The notes under the pieces: generated by a model | Told to the model about the DNA's origin: nothing | Seen by the model: only the letters and a program-made list of their open reading frames with translations | Databases searched by the model: none | Shown here: positions 12,888 through 27,050 of the stretch, piece after piece | Layout: every line of letters begins with the position of its first letter | How positions within the stretch are numbered: the first letter of the stretch is position 1 | Made by a program: the position numbers and the translations under genes | Assembly (NCBI RefSeq): GCF_006345805.1 | Contig: NC_043009.1 | Span: 54,312,001-54,376,000 of the forward strand | DNA from: Octopus sinensis | Taxonomy: Eukaryota | DNA: 64,000 nucleotides | Direction: 5' to 3'

Positions 12888-13858
12888 TATATGCAAAGTA
12901 GAGACAAAATTTCAAAAATTTCAAGTCTATATTTTCTAGGGAGTAATTTGATGAATTTTATGTTGGCACTGATAATGTAGGTTTTATAAAGATTCTGTGA
13001 AATAAAAAACAAAAAGAAAAAGAAATTGAACAAAGGGAGAAGTAGCCATCCAAGTGGAAATATAACACAAGGATGAAAATGGTTGTTAAATAACATCAGT
13101 ATAAATATTAGAGAATGTGAGGGGTTAAGAAGATTAAGGTTGGATGTAAAAAATAACAGATTAGGCGGTTATTAAGAAATGAAAAAGTGTTGGTTTAAAC
13201 CTGTTGAATAAGTTCACCGGAAGTATAAATAATGGTTACGAGTGTTTACTGATCCTTGGGAATCATTGATCTTTGTTTATTGGGTCATTTCAATGACAAC
13301 CTCTTTTCTGACCAACAATTTCAGACATTGAAACGTGGTCATTAGAGTAACAAGATGGCGAACTATTTCAGTATTTTTTTTGGCTTGGTTTCAGCAACTG
13401 ACTTAAGATAATGGGATTAACGTGTTTATTTATTTTTCCTTTCTCCTTCACTTCCCACCATTCTATCTTTCGGATATTTACCACTCATTGATATTGTAAA
13501 TATTTGGACAATTTCTCTCCGACAAAACATCTTGCTAAGAAACACTGAGAATCTCGTCTCGCTTTAACGTTACGACCTTATCAAATAGCGTCAGCTCATG
13601 TCAGTTATTGTATCTGTTCATTCGTGTTGATACAATTGAAATAATAGGGAACCTCTTCTGTGAAGACGTTAAACAAACAGTGTGTTAGAATAAATTTCGG
13701 AACATATTGCGGATATAGTAACACTATGATCTGTGAATACATTAAGAGTCCTCCCAGAGTATCAATGTAAACCCTTTTAATGCATGGTTTTTTTTCCAAG
13801 ATGTCCCCAGTTATGTTTGATATAAGAAACGAAACTTCTGAAGCATTTCCAAAACCTC

Positions 13859-13859
<1 letters not shown>

Positions 13860-13912
<53 letters not shown>

Positions 13913-14016
13913 TAATGATTATGATAATAATGATAATGATGATAATAATAATAATGATAATAATAATAATGATAATAATAATAATAATAATAATGATGAT
14001 GAGGATGATGATGATG

Positions 14017-14056
<40 letters not shown>

Positions 14057-14091
14057 TAATAATAATGATAATAACAATAATAATAATAATG

Positions 14092-14161
<70 letters not shown>

Positions 14162-14178
14162 TAAAGATAATAATAATG

Positions 14179-14230
<52 letters not shown>

Positions 14231-14232
14231 TG

Positions 14233-14279
<47 letters not shown>

Positions 14280-14280
14280 C
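13860..14280. repeat. Long (AAT)n/(GAT)n microsatellite
   Basis: Visible. Confidence 0.97.
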
Positions 14281-14575
14281 CGCAAACTCCTACAGAATTT
14301 GGAGGAGCCGGAATCCAGCTCGCAGACCAAACCTGGATGAAAACAGATTAGCAAATGTTAGAAGAGATATCTTCAGAAATACCAGAAGAAGAGCACTATC
14401 GCTGTGAAAATAACATCCATCCATAAATTTATTTATTCATTAATTTTTAAATACATATTTTATCTGTGAATGTGCGCGTGTAATCTGGGAATGCCTGCAA
14501 TGCCCTTCTCTGCCCAGAGATGTATGGAAAACACTCGGCGAGAAACGGAAGAAAATTTGAAGAAAGAAGGAAAAA

Positions 14576-14576
<1 letters not shown>

Positions 14577-14610
<34 letters not shown>

Positions 14611-14630
14611 TAATAAATAATAATAATATA

Positions 14631-14670
<40 letters not shown>

Positions 14671-14913
14671 GAGGAGGAGGAGGATAATAAAGAAGTAGAT
14701 GATGAAGAACAACGACCACAACATCGATGATGATATTGATAAAATAACTATATTATAATGTTGTTGTTGTTGTTGATGATGCTGATGATGATGATGATGA
14801 CGACGACGACAATGATGATGATGATGCTGATGGCGATTTCTTTTATTGGTCACAATGGTCCAAAAACATTAATATTAAATATATGGATGATCATAATAGT
14901 AAACAATGATACA

Positions 14914-14954
<41 letters not shown>

Positions 14955-14962
14955 TGAGGACG

Positions 14963-15003
<41 letters not shown>

Positions 15004-15064
15004 GATAATAATAATAATAATGATAATAATAATAATAATAATGATAATAATAATAATAATAACG

Positions 15065-15103
<39 letters not shown>

Positions 15104-15105
15104 TA

Positions 15106-15145
<40 letters not shown>

Positions 15146-15160
15146 GATAATAATAATAAT
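14577..15160. repeat. (AAT)n/(GAT)n microsatellite blocks
   Basis: Visible. Confidence 0.95.
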
Positions 15161-15744
15161 AGCAATGAATCCACTTACTACTATAAATGCGACAAGCCCG
15201 ATTGCAGATAAAATATATTTCTTTCTGTAATAGGATCATCTAATATTAATGAAACAGATCAAAGACAACAGTTCTGTGATTTAATATATTAATTCTTGGA
15301 ATAAAACGGAACGAGATCCTTGCAATAGGATGAATTGATAATTAAAAGCATTTGACTTTATTCCTCGCTTGTGGATCGTAGAATACGTAAACATATTTGG
15401 CATCAAATAGGATATAACTTTCTAAGAAGCTAAGCATTGCCCCTGGGTTGTAAATTACTCCAGGGGCAGCCCTGATAGGTTATACTTATTTTCAAAAAGG
15501 CATATGTTTCTACCTTATACGATGTTTTTCATGTGTTTCTTACTCAAGATAGACATGACTTACTGGAAAATGTAACAGCTAATTTTAGCAGGTTGAGTAA
15601 CCATGTAAGGGTTCCTCATTGGCTCCTCTTCATTCCTGGTTGTTGCTTAAATCAAAATCATCTCTGATGGTTAGGACCCATTGTGAAAATAATAATTATA
15701 ATTATAATCAACGTTATTTTTAAGACCCACGCTATCCGATATGG

Positions 15745-16080
15745 ATGGATGGAAGCACTCCGTCGGTTACGACGACGAGGGTTCCGGTTGATCCGATCAA
15801 CAGAACAGCCTGCTCGTGAAATTAACGTGTAAGTGGCTGAGCACTCCACAGACACGTGTACCCTTAACGTAGTTCTCGGGGATATTCAGCGTGACACAGA
15901 GAGTGACAAGGCCGGCTCTTTGAAATACAGGTACAACAGAAACAGGAAGTAAGAGTGAGAGGAAGTTGTGGTGAAAGAGTACAGCAGGGATCACCACCAT
16001 CCCCTGCCGGAGCCTCGTGGAGCTTTTAGGTGTTTTCGCTCAATAAACACTCACAACGCCCGGTCTGGGAATCGAAACCG
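15745..16080 (-). mobile_element. SINE with truncated tRNA head and probable RTE-like tail
   Basis: Shares the 5' segment ttaggtgttttcgctcaataaacac...cggtctgggaatcgaaacc with the 12514 family; distinct body; ends in a (ggat)n-like tail. Confidence 0.65.
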
Positions 16081-17003
16081 ATCCGATATATAATTCCTTT
16101 CATAAGACTTGATGTGATTTAAGCCCAGTTTGGCTGCTACTTTTAGCATCTCAGTAAATCATATAAGCTCTCAATAATAAAATGTGGCCAGGTATCTAAA
16201 TTAAATATGAGATCAAAAGAGATATTTATTAGGGAAATTCATTAACTACACTTCTGTATTTTATGACGTTGGCAACTGTACTCCTGTCTTAAATATTACT
16301 GAGTTCAAACAGAGGCATAAAACTACACAGGGTATAATCAATATACTGGACACAGGCTCTTCTTGGCATTTCTAATTTATCATACCCGAGAAGATGAAAG
16401 ATAAAATTGATCTCGGTCGTATTTGAACCGCAGACGTAAAATATCGTAAGAAAATACCGCATTTTGCCCGCCAGTCTTCCTATTCTAGCAACTACAACTC
16501 TCATGCGCTCCCGATTCAATCATTTATTCTTGATGCTCTACCAGCTCTTTCTTTCACTGTCTTGATTTTCTTCTGCTCCTCCCCGCCCACTTTAACTATT
16601 CAACCAGCCACTTCTCGTTACATATGTACTCAAGGTGTTTGATCCGACGCTTTAACTATTCTGCCAATCAACCACATTAATTAGTCATTCACAACCGATT
16701 TGTTGATATGATTGAATTTGTAATTTTAATTAATATCTTGGTTTATTGCATCAATTAAGTTAAACCGACTTTACTATTAAGTTTTCTTATCGGAAACGAC
16801 CCACTGTATGTTTTCATAATCATTACCACATTAATTGACATTTTGTGGAAATATGGTTTCTATGCCTACAAAACATAGCAGCTAAATACCTCTCTGCTAA
16901 CAGCCTACTATGTTGTTGAAAGATGAGTTCATATTAGATCATGTAGTCTGATTTAAGCTAAACGTGGTGGTCGTCGCTAAAATGCTTATCATTACTTGTA
17001 TGC

Positions 17004-17845
17004 TAAGGCGACGAGATGGCAGAATCATTAGAACACCGGGAAAATGCTTAGTGGTATTTTGCCCGTCACTAAGTTTTGAGTTCAAATTCCGCTGAGGTCG
17101 ACTTAGCCTTACATCCTTTCTGGGTCGATAAGTTAAGTACTGGGGTCGATGTAATCGACTCGACTATCCTTCTCCCCACAAATTTCAGGCCTTTGTCTAT
17201 AGTAAAAATGATTCTTTGTATGGTATCTAAGCCAGTGAGCTGACAGAATCGTTAGCGTACTGGACGAAGTGCTTATCGATATTTCGCCTATCACTATGTT
17301 CTGAGTTCGAATTCGGCCGAGATCAACTTTACCTTTTATCCTTTTGGGGTTGACAAAAGAAGTATCGATATTTCGCCTATCACTATGTTCTGAGTTCGAA
17401 TTCGGCCGAGATCAACTTTACCTTTTATCCTTTCGAGGCTGACAAAAGAAGTATCGATATTTCGCCTATCACTATGTTCTGAGTTCGAATTCGGCCGAGA
17501 TCAACTTTACCTTTTATCATTTCGGGGTTGAGAAAAGAAGTACCAGTCGAACACTGGGGTCGAGGTAATCGACTTATCTCTTCTCCCAAATTGTTGTCTT
17601 TGTAGTAAAATCTGAAATCATTATTTGTATGGTACCCACCTCCATCAGGACCAGCTTATTGTTTAAACAACAATAATCACACAAACATTGACAATCCATG
17701 AATGAATAAAGCTTTCGAATCCCCCAAATTGTTGTCCTTGTAGTAAACTTTGAAATCATTATTTGTATGGTACACACACCCATCAGGGTCGACTTAGGTT
17801 TGAAAAAACAATAGCCACACAAACATTGACAATACATGAATGAAT
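17004..17845 (+). mobile_element. Two Meta-core SINEs, the second with an internal 89-bp triplication and a 138-bp tail duplication
   Basis: tatcgatatttcgcc at 17274, 17363, 17452; cccaaattgttgtc at 17585 and 17723. Confidence 0.8.
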
Positions 17846-18176
17846 AAATCCTTCAAATAGTTTAGCAGTTGATATTTCCAGTGATTCGAACAACAGAACT
17901 ATTATTTTCGATGCCTGCATTAGTAAGAGTGAGTATTCCAAGGACACGTGGTTTGAACTACAGGACTATCGCACTGGATGTATCGTATATTGTACAGTGG
18001 TGGAAGATTCCCTTGATAGAAATACCTGCACAATATGTAGGTGCCCTTGAAAACGCTTGCTGTTTAATACAGACAATTACATTACTTGGTATGTGTTAAA
18101 GTGTAAGTGGATAAGTATCCCGTAGAAGCTCCTTACCTGTAATTTAATCACCAGACACTCCCAAGGTGATATACGG

Positions 18177-18455
18177 CTACGTGGCTGTGTGGTGAGAAAC
18201 TTTTTTTCCAATCACATGGTTCCTGGTTCAGATTCACTGCATGGCACCTTGGGCAAGTGTCTTCTGGTATAGCCTTGAGATAATCAAAGCCTTATGAGTG
18301 GATTTAGTAGACGCAAACTGAAAGAAGACAGTCGTGTGTGTGCGCGCGCGCGTGTGTGTGTGTGTGTGTGTTTGTGTGTGTGTGTCTGTGTGACTGTGCT
18401 TGAAGGCGGTGCTTCACATGGCCGCAGTCTTAAACAAGTAAAAGAATGACAATAA
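18177..18455 (+). mobile_element. CORE-type SINE (internally deleted)
   Basis: gtggctgtgtggtgagaaac...ggcaccttgggcaagtgtcttct; matches the 20341 copy. Confidence 0.75.
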
Positions 18456-19164
18456 AAAAAAAACATCTTTTGTCATGAGTGCTTAAGTAATCCACTGTTG
18501 ACATAAACCGCAACCAGATTAGCCATGAGACACTGGATAATGTATTGATACATGATTTACCGAACGGATTTCTGTACAATTTGCCTCGGCCGGAATTTCA
18601 TTGACACTGCTTGTATAAACTCTATGATCGCCACCTCAGCAAGATCTGTCGCTTATTTGATCAAACTAGCAACGTGGTGATTATGAAGCGAACAGCTAAG
18701 CTACATAGTTTTACACACATAGAATAAAACATATGTCAGACATCTGTTTGATACATACTTCGTTATTTACTGGCTACATCATATGAAATAAAAGAGAGGT
18801 CATCCTCAACAGCTCTACATTAATCTACAGATGCAGCAGTTAGACATATCGCCAGTGTTGTATCGTGAAGTGAGAATTTCGGGTCTTACAACGTATGCTT
18901 TCATCCAGGAAACCCGATTTAGGTTAACAAGACTAAGCCTGAGATAAAGAGGAAATCTTCTCACTCCACCAATCGTCTCTTTGGCACCAGAACTATTTAG
19001 ACGTTGCCTCAGTTATCTCTACGTTATTCTTGATGGCTCCTTACTTCTGTACATTCTTGTAACACCCACGAATCCATAGGCCTTACTCGGGGCACGACCT
19101 ACGAAATCCACCTACATCTGGTACTTAAAATATGAATTAAAACGTCAACTAAAAAAAAAAAAAC

Positions 19165-19383
19165 TTGTTTAGCATTTTAGCATACAGCTTATTCTGTCAA
19201 ATGCAACGCTCATTTATTCACATCATTTTGCAGTCATCATACGTTACCATGTAGTTTTGAAATTTTTAATGATGTGGTTGTTTATTTTAAATGACTTTGT
19301 AGGGCAGGTGTAAAGGCCGTATATGGTCTGTTTCGGCATGAAACCTGTAGAATATTTGACCGGCTTAAATACTAAAGGGCTAA
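19165..19383. mobile_element. Possible piggyBac-type MITE remnant
   Basis: Right end aaatactaaagggctaa and degenerate left end tttagcat form an imperfect TIR pair; weak. Confidence 0.35.
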
Positions 19384-20156
19384 TATAATCTCACCTATAT
19401 ATGTCAATAAATTACATTATGACAGTAGGTACCTCAACGCATTTTGATGGAATTAGTGCTTTTGTGTCCGTTTGTCTGTATAATTGATTTCATTTTGGAA
19501 TAACCTTCCAATAACAATCTATGCAGAGGTGAGGTATATATATATAATTTCAAGATGCAAAGAATTCGTTAAAAGCGCAAAATATTTGAAGTTTTCTTTT
19601 CTTTTTATCTAATAATCATTGGTAAATTGCTGACTTCAATAGATTTCTTTACAGCAGAGCAGACAATAAAACAACCATTCAAGCAAGAAAATGAACAATT
19701 ACAAAAAATATATATAAAGAGAGAAACTAACAAAAACTAACGGCACTTTTCTTACTTCATTTGTGGTTAATTTTTATTGCCTTTTTTTTTTTCTTCTTCT
19801 AACGGCAGCCATAAGAATAGCTACGAGGAGGGCAGTGCTAGCTATACACACATAGAATCATACATACACGCACCCATATATGAGTGTGTATGTGTGTATA
19901 TGTGTGTGTATGTTGGAGGGGAAGTGTGAATATGTCTATATATATATATGTGGTGCATTCATGGATGTGTTAAAAATTTTGTTCCAAATCCACAAGGTAC
20001 ATTGCAATTAGCCCTTGTAAAGTGTTTAGATAAATGTTAGTTAAACAGAAATTCATGTGTGTGTATGAGCGTACGTGTATATATAAATATATGTGACCGC
20101 GTGTGTATCGTTGGCGATTTTCTTTCTCCGTCTTCCCTTCTTTGGACTTTTTCTAT

Positions 20157-20191
20157 ATTTCTGATGAAGGGCTCCGCTCGAAACGTGAAAT
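20157..20191 (+). ncRNA. Minimal type-I hammerhead fold (family A) in a Penelope-like terminal repeat
   Basis: ATTT-CTGATGA-A-GGGC(TCC)GCTC-GAAACGT-G-AAAT; position 17 is G, so probably inactive. Confidence 0.6.
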
Positions 20192-20294
20192 CCTTATTCT
20201 TTTCTTTCCTTTTCTGAGCGTCCAATAACACTATACTTATTCCACGCCCTCGCGTTGTTGCTTTTTCTTGTTTGTTCATGTTTGTATTGACTAT

Positions 20295-20340
<46 letters not shown>

Positions 20341-20342
<2 letters not shown>

Positions 20343-20760
20343 CCGCAGGCGTAATTAGAAGCTTGCTTACCAAACACATAACTTCGGGTTCAGTCCCACT
20401 GCGTGGCACCTTTGCATCGTAAGTGGATTTGGTAGACGGAACTGAAAGAAGCCAGTCGTGTGTGTGTGTGTGTTTATATATATATTATATATATATATAT
20501 ATATATTTGTGTGTGTGTGTGTGTGTGTCTTTGTGTCTGTGTTTGTCCCTCCACCATTGCTTGATAACTGATGTTGGTGCGTTTATGTCCCCGTAACTTA
20601 GCGGTTCGGCAAAAGAGACCGGTAGAATAAGTACCAGGCTTACAAAAAAATAAGTACTGGGGTTCAATTTCTTCGACTAAAACCTTTAAGGCGGTGCTCC
20701 AGCATGGTCGCAGTCAAATGACTGATGCAATTAAAAAACAAAACAATAAAAGAATAAATA
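20341..20760 (+). mobile_element. Full-length CORE-type tRNA-derived SINE
   Basis: Head ggccgcaggcgtaattagaagc...gggttcagtccc; body actgaaagaagcc; 3' ...cagtcaaatgactg; family recurs at 21965, 26485 and 51245. Confidence 0.8.
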
Positions 20761-21385
20761 TTACCGCTAAAGACAACTACTTTTCTGTTGCTTAAAGCTT
20801 CTTGCCAGGTAGAAATCATCAGACCATGTCAAATGACATGTGGGTGAACTCTTATTATTGACTTCGAAGCAAGCGGACTAGATCAATGAAAAAAACAAAC
20901 AGCTAGCATGTACAATAATTGTTTCTCATAAATGCGTAATGCCAGCAGTTTAAAGACAGGTTTTAGATCGATTACATCGACCTCAGTACTTGGAAAGTGG
21001 CATATTTGACCTGATCAACCCATGAAAGAATAACATTTTAATTAGATAGGATTTGAACTCAGAACGTAAATAACCAGAAAAAAATATTGCTTGACATTTT
21101 TGACAACGATCCTGCCAGCTCATACTCCTCCGTAGTGAGTAATAATATAATTTACTAATTGATTAAATGATCATCAGAAGCTCAATAAAACGGTAAGATG
21201 TATTGATGCATAAGTTAAATTTACAAGTGTATATTGTACTGAACATTGTGTATTAACTAAAATTAGTTGGGTCAAATATTTTCATTTACGTAGCTTGAAA
21301 AAGAGGCATTCCTAATTGTTTCAACGCTTATTAACACCTCCTCTGATCTCTTTGGTAATATAGCCTCGGAGGGACATGTAGCATA

Positions 21386-21789
21386 TCTTTATATATAAAA
21401 GTGAAGTTTGCTGTCTGTCTCCAACAGTTTGCTGTCTGTCTCCTAACTACTCCCACATTTTGCGGTGCAGTTTAACCAAAACCGGGTATCTTATAGTCGT
21501 GATTCATATCGAGCCCTTCTGGGTATTAGCGCGCGTCTACGATGAGTCTACGATTTTAAAAAAGATTTACCATGATTTTTTTCCATTTTAATGCATTTTT
21601 CGCTATTATATAAGGGAAGTAACTCTCTAAAAATGTCTACGATGAGTCAACGATTTTTTAAAAAAATTATTATCCTTTTTTTTTCCATTTTTAATGCATT
21701 TTTTGGCTATTTTTTGGCTATAACTCTCTAAAAATGCTTATATAGTTATTTCCCTTACAAACCCGAGCAACGCCGGGCGATACTGCTAG
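21386..21789 (+). mobile_element. Non-autonomous Helitron
   Basis: A|TC 5' end (tctttatatataaaa), 3' hairpin cccgagcaacgccggg followed by CTAG|T, inserted between A and T, no TSD. Confidence 0.85.
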
Positions 21790-21964
21790 TATGTATATAT
21801 TTATAGCATAAACATACCTGGACAAAATTGAGTTCTCCTTACCTCTCTGCACAAATGTGTGAACGTCAGCATCGTGACCTATGTGATTAATGGAAGAGCA
21901 TTCTCGCTGAGAAATTTGGAACACGCCACTAAAAGACAGGTTTTCTCTCTCCATATTTTTTTTC

Positions 21965-22424
21965 ACTTGTTTCAGTCATTTGACTGTGGCCATGCTGCAG
22001 CACCACCTTTAGTCGAGCATATCGACCCCCACGACTTATTCTTTGTAAGCCTAGTACTTATTCTATCGGTCGTTTTTGCCGAACCGCTAAGTTACGGGAC
22101 CGTAAACACACCAGCATCGGTTGTCAAGCGATGCTGGGGGGACAAACACAAACATAAACACACACATACATACATACATATTTTATATATATATATATAT
22201 GTTGAGAAGGACACAGACACACAAACATATACACACACATACATATATATACATATATACGACGGGCTTCTTTCAGTTTCCGTTTACCAAATGCACTCAC
22301 AAGGCGTTGGTCGGCCCGAAGCTATAGTAGAAGACACTGGCATATGGTGCCACGCAGTAGGACTGAACCTGAAACCATGTGGTTCGTAAGCAAGCTACTT
22401 ATCACATAGCCACTCCTACGCCTA
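21965..22424 (-). mobile_element. CORE-type SINE, near full length
   Basis: Reverse complement of the 20341 family. Confidence 0.8.
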
Positions 22425-23576
22425 AAATGATTCTAACTTCACGTTGTTACTGAATGCTCTACTATGCGATTCATGCGGACCAATTTAGTTTTGTCCAAAT
22501 TCGTGTATACTAAACACACACACATACACGTGTGTGTTTGTGAAATAAGAAATGGAAGTCAAAATAATAAATTGAGCAATTAAATAAATTAATCATTAGA
22601 TGATAAATTCAATTTTATTAGTTTATACAAACAAGTGACACATCTAGTAAATTACAGTTGTTTGCAAACCATTAACAAAAACAGGTTTTTCAAGAATAAT
22701 AAAATATCGTTTTAAATATAATGAGGTTTCATCAGACAGACATATTTTTTTAAATATCTTAAGAAAAAGAGCAATTGAAAATTTTTATAACTGCTAACAC
22801 TTTTCAAAAAAACTACACTTTTTAACAGCGAGTTTGATCATAAATAATTAATCTAATTGAAATTTCGTAAATTCATAAATCTAAATCTATTTGTATTTAG
22901 TTCTATAACCGATTTTGTTACATAATACGCACATTCATATACACTCACACATATATATATATACATATATATATAAACACACGTATACCTATCCATTTTT
23001 GCGTATATACATACACATACACGTAGGTATACATACATGCATGTTTACATACACAAGTTTACTTATTCATCTATATATATATTTACAAAATCTATACCTA
23101 TACATTTCAATACACACATGTATATATATATATTTATGGTCAAACATTAGTTTATAAATTAGTTCAAATCTAAATAAAGGAATTTATAATATAAATCAAA
23201 CTTACAATTTATTCAAGTTATAGTTTCAGGTAAATACAGGGGAAATAGCTACTTTTCCATTTTTAGAAACAAAACGAAAAACGAAGCCAACTCGATACCG
23301 ACAACGAAAAATAATCTAAATACACACACGAAAACCAGAGTAATGCAAATACAAGCGAAATGACCCAATACGAACATCGAGCTAAAACTACAAATTAAAC
23401 ACGATAAACACGCTGTATTTTCATGTATATCGCATCCACTCATATACATATACATATCGATAGATATACACCAATACTCACACGTACACTTGTATATCCA
23501 TACGTACGCATATACATACACAAACATATATATTCATATATTCATACATACACACATACATACATACATACATACA

Positions 23577-23608
<32 letters not shown>

Positions 23609-23674
23609 CACACCCTCACATACATGAGCCAATGCACATACACTTTAGTAATAATAGAAATAATGATAAAAAAT

Positions 23675-23729
<55 letters not shown>

Positions 23730-23749
23730 CAGACATATGCACTTATCCG

Positions 23750-23788
<39 letters not shown>

Positions 23789-23906
23789 GTTTAAATATTG
23801 TTGTGCAAGATTTTTTATGTGAAGCAAAATAACACCAAATATATAGTGCGTGTGTTTTTTATTGGCTAAACTGGCAAAATGACCATTCCGAAATATAACA
23901 ATATAT

Positions 23907-23937
<31 letters not shown>

Positions 23938-24150
23938 GGTATGCTTTCCATCTCAATATGAATAACCACTAAGGGGGGTGTTACTGTAGCTTGTAGCCCC
24001 AGGAGAACATCGTCTCCAGCTGGCTTTAGGCACACTTTCTGTGCCCTTATGGTATTGCAAAGGGAGGTCACCCTTCCTTCGTCAACCTAAGTGGATACCT
24101 CACATTGTCGTGCAGTTACTGTTTATAACTCGTTCAGAGATTTATTATTG

Positions 24151-24205
<55 letters not shown>

Positions 24206-24250
24206 TACATGTATATATATGTATATGTACATGTATACATATATGCATAC

Positions 24251-24290
<40 letters not shown>

Positions 24291-24321
24291 CATATGTATA
24301 TATATACATATATATACGTAT

Positions 24322-24362
<41 letters not shown>

Positions 24363-24364
24363 TT

Positions 24365-24413
24365 ATCGACCTCTGATGAGGTTTAATTAAACATTGAAAC
24401 TAGTCAGATCGAT
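24365..24413 (+). ncRNA. Minimal type-I hammerhead fold (family B)
   Basis: ATCGACCT-CTGATGA-G-GTTT(AATT)AAAC-ATT-GAAACTAGT-C-AGATCGAT; stem I 7/8 bp, palindromic helix III ACTAGT, GUC site. Confidence 0.6.
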
Positions 24414-26044
24414 CTTTGTTTTCTATACCACAGGAACTGCGATGCTAAACTCTATATTTAGTAAAATCACATGGTGCTAGCATTACATTTATTATCGAAA
24501 GAGTGTTTACTCTGCATAAGATATTGACTTCTCTCCACTTTGTTTATATTTCAAATATTTACGACCATGTCAATTTTTTTTTTGTTCCTTTTGCCCAGTA
24601 ACTGGATATTGAACATAAATGTCAGTTTGGTAGCTTTTCTAGGACAACAGTTTAGATCAAGAGACATCAATAGATATATACAGAAGGACAAAGCATTAAG
24701 AACAATATCTGAAGTGGTGGGAGATACAAAAATGCCCGTAATATATCAATGCATTTATTTAGGTGCATATATATGTGGTTACTAAACTAAGATTTCACAC
24801 AAAATATGAGAAATACATTCTTATTTTATAAATTGAATTTTACTTCATGGTATTATTAATCCTCTTATCCAAACCCTCGGCATCTCGCAGCAACATTATC
24901 TCGCGTTAATATTAAAGTACGCTACTGCAACTTGTGTAGGAGTATTCCACAGCTTGGTATCTGCCAAAAAGTTTTGAGGTAGATTTTGTTGACAGAAACT
25001 GGAACTTTGTCGATCAAATTAACCTATCAATCGGTTGAACACCATCAGCAAGTCCTTGAATGTCTTTACATAAGTCTACTCCGTTGTAATCGTTGTAATC
25101 GTTCTGATTAAGTATCTGACCTGTGCATTATTTTGTTCTAGAACCTCGGAAACCCTGTAAAACTTATGGTAAGCTATCGTTAATCCTCTAATTAATCCAC
25201 TATTTTTTCCCATAAAAATATAAAAGGGAATCGAAAACATAGCAAGAAAATATTTTACAATATTGTGTTCTCATTAAAGTGTATGACCAACCGTTTTAAA
25301 AGAAGGAAGTGAGAGTAGATACCCTCAACTGTTGTATTTCACTGGTACTTTATTCTATCGAACCTGGGAAGATGAAGGATGAAGCTGATTTCGGTGAGTT
25401 GAAATGTGAAACTGACTTCGGTGAGATTTGTAGTCAGTCTATAAACGAGCCGGAACAAATATCTCAAGACATTTTCCCCCGACACCTCTAATGATTCTGT
25501 CAGCTCTCTGCCTCAGAGAAAATTTTATCATTATGAAATGACTTCAAGTGTTATGCTCTTAATATCTTTCACTATGGAGGAAAATCGAAGTCATAATCTA
25601 ATTATTCAACATAATGAAATAGTATTATGATGATCGATAAATTTACGCATCAGAATAGAAATATAAGCATTTATAAAACGTGGAAGTCCTGTGGCTTTCA
25701 CTGGCATACGTTAATGGCAGTTGATTGGTAATCCTGCAGAGCGACAGACAAGGTATTTTGCAATATTAAATCAAGCACTTTACCGCGTGAGTTCAGATCT
25801 GTTTCTCAGCTTTTATCTTCATCCTTCTTGGGGGTCATTAGTTTATAATCTAAAATACTGGTCCTCTAATTAGTTTTTCGCGGAATGTTGGAATTCCTTA
25901 AAAAACACTAAATACTAGTAAGTAGTGATTCTTGACATACTAGAGTACCTATACTATTGTAAACTTAACAGTAAATATGATACTCAGTCAAACAACAGTT
26001 AATGAAATAAATCAATATTTGTTATTGATATTTAATTTTTTATT

Positions 26045-26447
26045 GCCCACAAGGGGCTAAACACAGAGGGGACAAACAAGGACAGAAAAATGAATTAAGT
26101 CGCTTACATCGAACCCAGTGCGCAACTGGTACTTCATTTATCGACCCCGAAAGGATGAAATGTTAAGTCGACCTCGGCGGAATTTGAACTCCGAACGTAG
26201 CGGCAGACGAAATACCCAATTCTTTACTACCCACAAGGGGCTAAACACAGAGGGGACAAACAAGGACAGACAAACGGATTAAGTCGATTATATCGACACC
26301 AGTGCGTAACTGGTACTTATTCAATCGACCCCGAAAGGATGAAAGGCAAAGTCGACCTCGGCGGAATTTGAACTCAGAACGTAACGGCAGACGAAATACA
26401 GCTACGCATTTCGCCTGGCTGTTAACGTTTCTACCAGCTTGCCGCTT
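26045..26447 (-). mobile_element. Two tandem Meta-core SINEs
   Basis: Reverse complement of the 11018 family, twice. Confidence 0.82.
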
Positions 26448-26484
26448 TATTTGTTATTGATATTGTAACTATCTTATATATTTT

Positions 26485-26925
26485 ATATTTTACTTGTTTC
26501 AGCCATTTGACTGCGGCCATCCTGGGACATCGGCCTTGAAGAATTTCAGTACTTATAAATATTTTCAGTACTTATAAATATTTTGAAAAACTTGGTTCTT
26601 ATTCCATCGGTGTCTCTGGACGAACCGCTAGGTTTCGGGGAGTTAAACACAACGACAACGATTGTCAAGCAATGGTGGGTGACAAACAGACTCATGGACA
26701 TACACACACGCACAAACATACACATACGCACAAACATATGTATACATACACATACATGCAATGGGCTTCTTTCAGTTTCCATCTACCAAATCCACTCAGA
26801 GGGCTTTGTTTGGCTCGCTGATATAGTAGACGACACTAGCCCATGGTGCCATGCAGTGGAACTGAGCCCGGGACCATTTAGTTGGGAAGCAAATTCCTTA
26901 CCACACAGCCACGCATGCGCCTATG
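26485..26925 (-). mobile_element. CORE-type SINE
   Basis: Reverse complement of the 20341 family. Confidence 0.78.
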
Positions 26926-27050
26926 CTACAAATTTGTAGAAGCCAATGTGCGTTAATGCTGTTATAATGAATTTTGATATTATGTCGATGACGGATGTCG
27001 CGAGCATGTAAAATCACTACCGTGATGGACAAAATGCTTAGCGGGATTTC

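Noticed and set aside
13605-15239. Poly-Ile/Leu/Asn ORFs
   Set aside because: Translations of (AAT)n tracts, as for most ORFs in the track.
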